Shown piece after piece: positions 1-10,499 of a stretch of DNA of 64,000 nt; position 1 is the first letter of the stretch, and the number at the start of each line of letters is the position of its first letter. The notes under the pieces were generated by a model that was given only the letters and a program-made list of their open reading frames with translations, did not search any database and had not been told where the DNA came from. The stretch lies in assembly GCA_963725145.1 (NCBI GenBank), contig CAVRXL010000010.1, positions 986,693-1,050,692 of the forward strand. Reading direction: 5' to 3'. Made by a program: the position numbers and the translations under genes. This DNA is from an uncultured Acidobacteriota bacterium. GTDB lineage: Bacteria > Acidobacteriota > Vicinamibacteria > Vicinamibacterales > 2-12-FULL-66-21.

Positions 1-3000
1 GGTCGGGCCGGGGCCGATGCTGTTGTTCGACGCGCCATTCTGTATGCTCACGCCGACCGCGTTCGGTAGAACGCCGGTGTGCCCGATGTTCATCCCGATC
101 GTGTTGCCGAGGACGACGTTCGACGTCGCGGCCGCGCCCGACAGCAGAACGCCCGCGCCGGTGTTGCCGGAGATGAGGTTGCTCGAGCCCGGAGCGTCGC
201 CGCCAATCGTGTTGCCGGGGGCTTGGATGAAGACGCCAGCGCCCCCGTTTGCCACAGCCGCCGTGCCTGCCGCGTTCGTGCCGATGCGATTCCCCTGCAC
301 CAGGTTCGCCGGGCCGCTCGTGATCGTTATGCCGTTCGAGGTGGATGAACCCGAGATAACGTTCGTCGCGCCGGCGGCGGTGCCGCCGATGACGTTGTTC
401 GACGCGCCGCTCTGAATGGTGACACCGCCGAGGTTGGGCCGGGCGGCACTGCCCGCCGGATCCAGGCCGATGAAGTTCCCAACGACCGTGTTATTCGTTG
501 CGGCGGCTCCGGCGATGAAAATGCCTCCCGAGGTATTGCTGGAAATGACGTTCCGGCCCGCGGCCGACGTGCTGCCGATTCGGTTACCTGATGTGCTTTC
601 AATGACAATGCCAGTCACGTTCCCGGTCGCGACGCCTGCAGGCGTCACACCGATGTAGTTCGCTTCGACGACGTTTCCACCGTTGCCGAGGATCCAGATA
701 CCGGAACTCGGGAAGCCGGTGATGGAGAGCCCGCGAATCGTGCTCGCTCCGGCGTTGATCCGAAGGCCGCTGCCACTGCCGCCAAATCCGGCGGACAGCT
801 GCACCAGCGGCACGCCGGCGTAGCCCGGCTGCGTCGTCGCGTCGACGACGGCCGGATCCGTGAGCTCTGGCAGCACCGACGGGGCAGGAATCACGTGTGG
901 TCCGGCGCCCGGGATGTTGAAGTTGATCGTGTCTGTCTGCCCGACGTTCGCGTTCGCGTCGAGGATCGCCTGCCGCAGCGAGCCGGCGCCAGTGTCGGCG
1001 GTGGTCGTCACGGTAAAGACCGCGGCTCCCGCCGCAGCCGTCCGACACGCCGAGAACTCGGATGTGTTGCCGGCCGGATCGGTCGCCGTCCCCGTAACCG
1101 CCTGACCGCTGGGAACGGTCGGAGCGAACGTGACGTCGAACGACGCGTTGCCGGCGGCATCGGTCGTGACTTGCGCCGAACCGACGAAGGTCTGCCCCTC
1201 GCCGTTGCCGGACGGGTCGCACGCCGGGCTGGCAAAGAACTCCAGCGTGGACGTCGTGTTTGCTGCGCTGTTGAGCGTCCCCAGGATCCGCGTGCTGTTT
1301 GTCTGGGTCGCCGACGCGATCACCGGAAAGTTCTGCAGGTTGTTGGCGCCGACGTCGGCGTCGCCCGGGTCGTTTGCCGTCACTCCGTTCGGACCGAGAT
1401 CGATTCCGATGTTCCCGTTGCTGAAGATGGAATTACCAGAGACGCGATTTCCGGTGCCAGCGCTGATGAGGATGCCGTTTCCGGTATTGCCCGAGATCAG
1501 GTTCCGGACGGTGCCCCCCGTCGACCCGCCGATAGTGTTGTTGGCGCTCGAGACGAGAATGCCGGAACCATTCGGTCGCGCAATCGTGCCGGTCTGGTCG
1601 GTGCCGATGTGGTTGCCTTCAACGGTGTTCCCAGTCGACGCCGTGTTGATGTTGATCCCCGGGCCGGTAAATCGATTGATCGCCAGCCCGCGGATCGTGC
1701 TGCCGCTCGACCCGGCCGCGAGGACGACGCCGTTCGCCACAACGCCGTTGCCGTTCAACTCGATGAACGGCGTGCCGTTAGGGTTCGCCTGCGACGCGCC
1801 GTTGATGATGACGCTGTCGGTCAGGTTCGGCAGCGCGCTCGCGAGCGTAATCGTCTGCGCTCCGCCGCCGCCGATGTTGAACGCGATCGTGTCGCGCTGA
1901 CCCGTGTTAGCGTTCGCGTCGATGATCGCCTGCCGCAGCGAGCCCGGACCGGAATCGGCCGTACTGGTGACCGTGAACGTCGCCGTGCCCGGCGTGATCG
2001 TCGTCTGCTGGAACGCGGTGTTGTTGAAGAAGTCTTCGTCGACCTGATCGCCGATCGCGGTCGCGACGTTGAAGCGCGTGCCGTTGACCGCTCGAACAGT
2101 CATGGTAATCGACACGGTCTCATCGACCTGGATCGTCCCAACCGGACACGTCAGCGACCCCGCGAGCGGCGTGCACGTCCCGGTGACCATGCCGACGAAC
2201 TGGATGTTCGGTGCCGGCAGCGAATCGGTGACGACGACGTTGGTCGCGACGTCCGGGCCGTGGTTGGTGACCGCGATCGTGTAAGTGAACAGGGAATTCA
2301 CCGCGACCGGATCGGCCGAATCGGTCTTCACGACCGACAGCTCGGCGGTCCCCGTCTGCGCACCACATCGATTGAGGAACACCGACAGCTGGCCCGACCC
2401 CGCGCGCGCCACGAGGATGTCGGGCCGCGCGTCGCCGTTGACGTCGCCTACCGTCAGCGTGTTCAACGCCGGGCCGGTCGTGTAGTTGCCCGTGAAGTGG
2501 AACGTCCCGTCGCCGTGGCCAATGAACACGGACATCGTGCCGCCGCTGACATTGGCGATGTCGAGGAAGCCGTCGCCGTTCACGTCGGCCGTCGCGCCGT
2601 GGAACGGGCCGAAGCTGGACGGAATGACCTCGGTCGGGCCGGCGAACCCGCCTCCCGGAGTACTGAGATACACGCTGACCGCGTTGCCGCCGACGGCGCC
2701 CGATACGAACATGATGTCGGGCCGTCCGTCGCTGTTGAGATCGCCGGTCCGACGCACGCGCGGGTTCGCGCCCGTGTTGAGGGTCGCGGTCGCGGTGAAG
2801 GTCCCCGTGCCGTTGTTCGTGAGCACCGAGATCGTCGCGTTGGCGCCGTTGCCCGTCACGATGTCGATGTCCCCGTCGCCGTCGTAGTCGTCCAGCACGA
2901 CTTCGCGCGGCATCTGACCGGACGGCAGCACGATCTGAGGCGTGAAGTCGCGATTGGCCGGCACTCCAACCAGCAGCCGTGCGACGGAGCCCGCTGCCTG

Positions 3001-6000
3001 CGCACCTATCACCAGGTCGAGGTTGCCGTCGCCCGTCAGGTCGGCCGTCGCGATGCCGAACGGGTTGATGGCGCCGACGGGAATCGTGCTGACCGCCGGG
3101 AACCCGCCGCTTCCGTCCCCATACCCGATGCTGACGGAGTTGCCGAGCTGGTTCGCTGTGGCGAAGTCGAGGTTACCGTCGTTGTCGAAGTCAGCCGCCA
3201 CGATGCCGTTCGGATTGCTGCCGACGGTGATGAAGACCGGCGCCTGGAACGTGCCGTTGGCGTTGCCGCGCAGGAACGCGACCCGGCCCGCGGTGCTGGC
3301 GTCGGTCACGACCAGATCGATGATGCCGTCCTCGTTGAAGTCGCCGAGCGCCGACATGTACACGTTTGAGCCGGCGGCGAAGTTCGTGGGCGAGCCAAAG
3401 CTGCCGTTGCCGTCGCCACACAGGGGGAACGGCGGCGTCACCGTCGTCGTCTGGACCGCCGTGTTGTCGGAGAAGTCCGGATCGGCCTGGTTCCCAATCG
3501 CCGTCGCCGCGTTCGTCCTGACGCTGTTGTAAGCCCGGACCCTGAAGACGATCGAGGCCGTCCCGTCGACCGGAATCGTGCCGACCGGGCAGGTCATCGC
3601 GTCGTCGCCAACGAACGTGCAGGCGCCAGACACCATTCCCGCGAAGACGAAGCTCGGCGCCGGCAGCGCGTCGCTGACAACCACACCGGTCGCCACGTCG
3701 GGGCCGTGGTTCGTCACGGTGATCGTGTAGGTCAACTCGGTACCCGGCGTGACGGGATCCTGCGAGTCCGTCATCGTGACCGACAGGTTCGCGCTGCCCG
3801 TCTGCGTGCCGCAGCGGTTGAGCAGCACCGCCAGCCCCGCGTTCTCCTGGGCCAGCAGGATGTCGAACCGGCCGTCGTCGTCGACGTCGCCGAGCGTGAG
3901 GTTGCCAGGATCGGTGCCGACGGCATAGGCGACGGGCGGCGCGAAGTTCCCGGCGCCGTCCCCCCTCATGACCAGCACCGTGCCGCCGGTAAACGTGACG
4001 AAGTCCTTGAAGCCGTCGCCGGTCAGGTCAGCGGCGGCGCCGTCGTGCAACTCGGCCGAGACCGGGCCGATGTCCACCGGGCCGGTGAACGTGCCGGTTG
4101 CGCTGTTGAAGTACACGCTTGCAACCGCCCCGCCGGTCACGATCCGACCGAACAGGATATCGGGCCTGCCGTCGCCGTTCAGATCGCCGACGGAACGGAT
4201 GCCGAGCATGGGCCCTGGCGTCAGCCGCGAGACTTCCGTGAACGTGCCGGTTCCGTTGTTCCTCAGAACCGAGATCGAGTTGTCGGCGGCGTTGCCGGTT
4301 GCGATGTCGACGAACCCGTCACCGTTGAAGTCCTCCAGGGCGATGCCGACCACCTCGGTCCCGGACGGAAGTGGAACCGGCGCCAGGAACCCGCCGGCGC
4401 CGTCGTTCCGCATCAGGTACGCGAGGCCGCCTTCGTCCTCGACGCCAATGACGAGGTCGAGGAAACCATCACCGGTCAGATCCGCGACGAAGGCCCCGCC
4501 CGGATTGTCCAGACCGGTTGGGAAACGCGTCACCCTGGGGAACCCGCCGGCGCCGTTGCCGTACAGGACGGTGACCTGGGTGTTCTCATTCGCCGTCGCC
4601 ACGTCGAGATTTCCATCCCGGTCGAAGTCGCCGACGGCGATGCCGTCAGCGCCAGCCTGGAAGTACACGGGCGGATCGAAGGTGCCGTCGCCGTTTCCGA
4701 TCAGGAGCTGGATGCCGCGGGGATTGCCGGTATCGTTGGTCGCGACGACGTCGACGAAGCCGTCCTCGTTGAAGTCGCCGAGGGCGGCGATCTCCGTGTT
4801 GCGGCCAGCCGGATAGATCACAGGCGGGCCGAACGTGCCGGTCAGGCACGGCCCGAACGAAACGACCGCCGTACTGGTCGCCGCGACGTTGTTGGCGGTC
4901 GGATCGGTTTCCACAGCATCGACGGTCGAGGTGCTGGCGTGAATGCCGACCGCCGTCGCCCGGACCCGGATCGTCACTATGGTGGACGCACCGCTCGCGA
5001 GCGTTCCGATCGAACAGTCGGCCGCTTGCGCTGAAACGTCGCACTGGACCGACGAAGACAGGAAGGTCACGCCGGCGCCGAGCGTCTGGGTCAGACGCAC
5101 GCCGGTCGCGGGCGACGGCCCGTCGTTCGTGACGGTGACCGTGTAGATCAGCTCACCGTTGAGCAGGACCGGATCCGGCGCGTCGGTCGTCGCCACGCGA
5201 AGGTCGGCGGCCAGCGCCGACGCCGTCGCCGTGAGGCACCCGGAGAACTCCGCCGTATTGCCGTTCGGATCGGTGGCCGTCGCCGTCACGATGGTCGCGG
5301 TGCCGACGACAGCCTGGAAGCTCGCGTTGCCGTCGGCGTTCGTCGTCACCGTCGTCGATCCGAGGAAGGTCTGCCCTTCTCCGTTGCCGGAAGTGTCGCA
5401 CGCGGCGTTGGTGAAGAGCTCGATCGTGAACTGCGTCTGCGCCGTGCTGTTCAGCGTGCCCTCGACGGTCGTCTGGCCGCCATTCAGCGTAGCCGACGTC
5501 AGCACCGGGAAGTTCTGCAGGTCGTTCGCGCCGACATCGGCGTCGCCCGGATCGTTTGGCGTCACGCCGTTCGATCCGAGATCGATTCCGATGTTCTGGT
5601 TTCCGAAGATCGCGTTCCGGCTGATTCGGATGGCCGTGCCGGTGCTGATGTTGATCCCGCGGCCGCCATTGAAGGCGATGACGTTACCCTCGCCGGCGCC
5701 GGTGCCGCCGATCGTGTTGTTGCTTGCCAGCGACACGTTCACGCCGTCGGTTGTGTTCGCCAGGGCCAGCGTCCCGGTCACGTCGGTTCCGATGCGATTG
5801 CCCCGGACGAGCGTACCCGTGACGGAATTGCCAATCGACACGCCTGTACCGGTATTCCCGGACACGACGTTGCCCTCGCCCGGCGCAGCGCCGCCGATTA
5901 TCGTCCCGGTGACGGCGTCATGAATGTTGATGCCAACGCCGTTGCCGATCGCAGCGGTCCCCGCGGCGTTCACGCCGATGTGGTTGCCCTGGATGATCGT

Positions 6001-9000
6001 GCCGGACGCGTTCGTCCGGATCTGAATGCCTGCGCCGTTGCCGGAGATGACGTTCCGTGCGGCGCCCGCGCCGCCGATCGTCGTGTTGACGGCGCTCACG
6101 ATGTCGACGCCGATCCCGACGTTGGCGACCCGGATGGTCCCGGTGGGATCCGTGCCGATGAAGTTCCCCTGAATGACGCTGCCGATGGCGGCCGCTCCAA
6201 CGACGGTGACGGCGTGATTCGCGTTACCTGAGACCACGTTGCCGGCGCCGGGCGCCGTGCCGCCGACCGTGTTGCCGGGCGCTCCGTTGATGAACACACC
6301 GCTCTGAATCCCGAGGTTGGGGAGCGCACCCGTGCCGCCGACGGTCGTGCCGATGAAGTTGCCCTGCACGACGTTCCCCGTCGTCGTGTCGCCAAGGAAG
6401 ACAACGCCGCTGCCCTGGTTGCCCGAGATGAGGTTACGTGCACCGGCCGACACGCCTCCGATACGCGTCCCGGTCGCGCCGTTTTGAACGAACAGCCCGC
6501 TGCCCAGGTTCCCCAGCGCGCCGGTGCCGGCCGGCGTCGTCCCGATGTAGTTGCCCTCGACGACGGTGTTCGGGCTGCCGGTGATGATGATGCCGTTCGT
6601 GTTGCCCGAGATGACGTTGCGCGCGGCCGCCGTGACTCCTCCGACCATCGTCCCTGACGCGCCGCCAGTAATGTGGACGCCCGGATTGTTCGGCAGCGCG
6701 GCCGTGCCGGCGAGGTTCGGACCGATTACGTTGCCTCTGACGAGGGTGCCCGTGGCCGCCGCGGTATCGATCCTGATGCCGCTCCCGACGTTGCCCGAGA
6801 TGAGGTTGCCCGCGCCCGCCGCGTCGCCGCCGATCGTGTTCCCGGGGGCGGTGATGAAGACACCCGCCCCGCCGTTCGGCACCCCGATCGTGCCCGCCGC
6901 ATCGGTGCCTATCCGGTTGCCCTGAACGATGTTGGCCGTCGCGCCGGTGGTAACCGAGACGCCGCTCGAGAGGTTCGCCGATCCCGAGATGACGTTTTCG
7001 GAACCCGGCACGGTGCCGCCGATCACGTTGGCCGACGCGCCGGTCTGGATGACGATGCCGCCGTTGTTCGGCACGGCGGCCGTTCCGGCCGGATTCAGGC
7101 CGATGAAGTTGCCGAGGACGAAGTTGTTGGTCGACGCGGCGCCGTTGATGTTGATGCCGACCGACGTCGTGTTGCCCGAAATCACGTTCCGCTGGGCGGC
7201 GACCGTCCCGCCGATGCGGTTGTTCGCCGAGCCGTTGATCGAAATGCCCGGCACGTTCCCGCTCGCGACGCCCGCCGGCGTCACGCCGATGTAGTTGCCC
7301 TCGATGATGTTGAGGCCGCCGGTCTGGATCGCGATGCCGGAACCGGAGAATCCGGTGATCGACAGGCCGCGGATGGTGCTGCCGCCGCTGTTGATCTGAA
7401 TGGCGCGTCCGCCGCCGCCGGCCACGGCGTCCAGCCGGACGACCGGCACGCCGAGGTAGCCCGGTTGCGTCGTCGCGTCGATGACGACCGGATCGGTAAT
7501 CGTCGGCAGCAGCGCTGGAACGGCGATCGCATGCGGCCCGGGTCCCGGAATGTTGAAAGCGATCGTGTCGAGCTGCCCCGTGTTCAGGTTCGCGTCGACA
7601 ATCGCCTGCCGCAGCGAGCCAGGACCGCTGTCGTTCGTGTTGAGGACGGTCAGCGTGAGGGCGCCGGCGTCGACCACCGTCGTCTCGAAGTCGGAGTTGT
7701 CGGCCTGCGCCGGATCGTACTCGGCTGCCGTGACGGTCGCGGAGTTGGTCTTCGTCCCGCCTGCTATCGCACGTGCGGTGATGGTGATCGTCGCGGTTCC
7801 TGCCGGCGGGATGTCGCCGAGCAGACACTGCACGGCGCCGCCGGTGAGGCCGCAGGTCCCCTGCGACGGTGTCGCGGTCAGGAAGCTGATGCCGGACGGC
7901 AGCACGTCGGTCACGGAGACGGACGTTGCGCCGTTCGGTCCGTTGTTCGTGACTTCGAGCGTATACGTGAGCTGCGCTCCATTGGCCACGGGGTCCGGTG
8001 CGTCGGTGACCGACAGCGAGAGATTCGCCTCCGCCTGTCCGCAGGAGTTGCGCAGCACGCGCAGCCCGCCGTCCGGGCCGCCCACGGCGATGTCGACTCG
8101 ACCATCCCCGGTCAGGTCGATCGGAACGGGGTTCGTGAAGATCGGGGCAGCGAACCGCGCCGCCGCACCAAAGCCGCCCGTTCCATCACCCAGCTGGATC
8201 ACCAGCGAGCTCGTGTCGAGGTCCCACGCGACGACATCGAGGTTGCCGTCGCCGTTGAGGTCGGCCAGCGTCGGCGCTGTCATGCGGAAGCCTGACATCA
8301 CGACGACCGCGGCTCCGAACCCGCCCGCTCCGTTTCCAGGCAGCATCGTCACTCGCTGTGCGGGCGCGGTGCCGTCTCGGACGATGAGATCGAGATTGCC
8401 GTCCTCGTTGACGTCTCCGAATGAATAGACGCGACCCTCGGTTTGAGTCGGGATCTGGACCGCCGCGGCGAATCCGCCCTGCCCGTCGCTGTTCAGGATC
8501 GAGATCGCGGTACCGGTCGAATGGCCGACGGCGATATCGGCCACGCCATCTTCGTTGAAGTCGGCCACGACCACGGTGACCGGATTCGCACTAACTGTCA
8601 GCGTGACGGGCGGGCCAAAGGCCCCCGCCCCGTCTCCGTGGAAGAGCCTGAGGCCGCCGGCGACTGCGGCAACCACGAGATCCTGATCGCCATCCCCATC
8701 GAGGTCAGCGGCCCGGACGCCCAGCGGAGTGCCGGCACCGATCGGCAGGGTCGGACCCGCCGCCAGACCACCCGTCCCGTTCCCGAAGAGGACGATGACA
8801 GCAGCGGTCGTCCCGCTTCCCGCGCCGGCGGCCACGTCGAGGTTGTCGTCTCCGTTGAAGTCGGCGACCGCCAGCGACCAGGCCTGCATTCCAAACGGGA
8901 CAAACGTCGACTCGGTAAAGCCGCCTGTTCCGTCGTTCACGACGAGCGCCACGCCGCCGAGGGTCGGCGACTGGTTCGCCATCACGAGGTCCGTCGCGCC

Positions 9001-10499
9001 GTCTTCGTTGAAGTCGCCGCGCGTGAGCTCGAACGGCGTCGAATTGAATGAGTAGGTGCCGAACGGTCCGGAGAACGAAATCGAGCACGCACTGAGCTCC
9101 ACGTCCGTCGTTTCGCTGTCGCTGTTGTTCGACGGCGTCGGATCGGCCTGATCCGCGGCAACCGTCGCCGTCACGACCGGACTTCCCGGCGCGTCGGCAC
9201 GCATCGTCACCGTCACCGTCGTCGTTGCCAGAGGCGCGAGGGTCCCGAGGTTGCACGGCGAGCCGAAGACGCAACCGTTGGTCGCGGACACGAACGTCAG
9301 GCCGGCACCAAAGGTGCCAACGAGCGTGACGTTCGTGGCTGGCGCGGGACCGTTGTTCGTGACCTGGAACGCGAAGTCGGCGTTCTGCCCGACGGTGACT
9401 GTCTCAGGCGATGTGAGGGTGATCGACAGCTCCGCGGTCAGCGCCGTTCCGACGATCTCGATCGGCTCGCTGACGAAGTTGTTCCCCTCGTTCGTCTCGG
9501 TGGTTTCGCTGAGCTCGTCGACCAGGACGCCGATGAAGTAGCTCCCGGGCGCGGTGGCAGACGGAATGGTGACGGTCGGCGCGCTCCAATCGAACCCGCC
9601 GCCGATGGGGAGCTCGGCGTTCGTATTGACCGTGCCTCCCAGCCGCACGTCACTGGCCGTGATGACGGCGTCGGTGGAGAGGTAGAAGCCATTGCTGATC
9701 GTCTCGTCGGCGGCGTTGCCCGGGCCAGTGCCCTGGTTGTGGTGCCGCCAGGCCGACAGCGTGACCTGGCCGCCGGGCGCCGTCGCGAGGGTCGTCGCCG
9801 CCGGCACGTAGTTGGCCACCACCAAATCGGGGAACGTGATGGCGCCGGGCTGCGTGCCCTCGGGCTGCACCACGCCGTCGACGACGTTGGTCGACACGGA
9901 GTCGACACGCGCCACGACGTCCGCGACGTCTTCCGGCCTCAGCGTCGGTCCGCCCGCCGCAATCGGCGTGAGACGGGTCGCGCGCAGTGTGATCTTGATT
10001 TCGTCCGGAACGACCGTCGAGTGGGCGTCTTCGTTCCCCTCGTCGCCGTGCGAGTTCTGTCCCTCCGCTCCACCTTCGGGCTCCACCCAGAAGGTCGAGA
10101 TCTGCGGCGAGGAGATCTGCGGGCTCGAGATCTGCGGGTTGCTGATCGTCGAGATTTGCGGGCTCGAGATCTGCGGGATCGGCACGTTGCTGATCACCTG
10201 CACCTTCGGCACCAGGGCGGGCTCGCAGCCCGTCGCCGTCTGCACGAAGCCCGGGACGAGGCTCGTCCGGGTCACGATCAGCTGGAACTGGTAGTTGCCG
10301 CTCGCGATCAACGCTTCCACGCCCGGCACGTTCAGCAGGGCCTCGTACTGAGTGGTCGTGTTGCCCTGGTTCTTGACCGTCCAGGTCACGTCCATGCCGT
10401 TGACTTCGCCACCGACCGCCGGCGTCGAGATCTGCGGCGACGAGATCTGCGGCCCCGCCTCACCCGGCGTGGAAATCTGCGGCGTGGAGATCTGCGGCT
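1..10499 (-). CDS. giant modular adhesin-like surface protein, distal part (partial, continues past the left edge): CARDB and DUF11-type Ig-like domains, FG-GAP/VCBS repeat blocks, several GSLRQAI-headed parallel beta-helix (PbH1) modules
   Basis: It is absent from the ORF track because it has no stop inside the window. None of the listed minus-strand ORFs left of 10500 lies in this frame (codons at 3k+1..3k+3), which fits one uninterrupted frame. My own reverse-complement translations: 1-132 [44 protein letters not shown] (beta-helix turns); 2416-2448 [11 protein letters not shown] (FG-GAP/VCBS); 7561-7660 [33 protein letters not shown]; 7921-8028 [36 protein letters not shown] (DUF11-type); 9440-10080 [36 protein letters not shown]...[13 protein letters not shown] (CARDB-type). 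The long plus-strand ORFs here are mirror images of these repeats. Confidence 0.8.
10097..10177 (-). repeat. coding tandem repeat, 15-nt units encoding PQIS(S/T), cluster A (5 PQIS)
   Basis: The plus strand shows gagatctgcggN units. The minus-strand translation is [34 protein letters not shown]. Confidence 0.9.

Noticed and set aside
17-9908. Many long plus-strand ORFs (for example 895..3369 at 824 aa, 3706..5034, 5159..5923, 6673..8295, 7481..8428) and Arg-rich minus-strand ORFs (599..1222, 6434..7828, 8705..9274) across the first 10 kb.
   Set aside because: Their products are Arg/Pro/Ala-rich low-complexity strings, or exact mirror images of the beta-helix/FG-GAP repeats. The convincing protein sequence (PbH1, FG-GAP, DUF11 and CARDB motifs) is in the unlisted minus frame 3k+1, which never meets a stop in the window.
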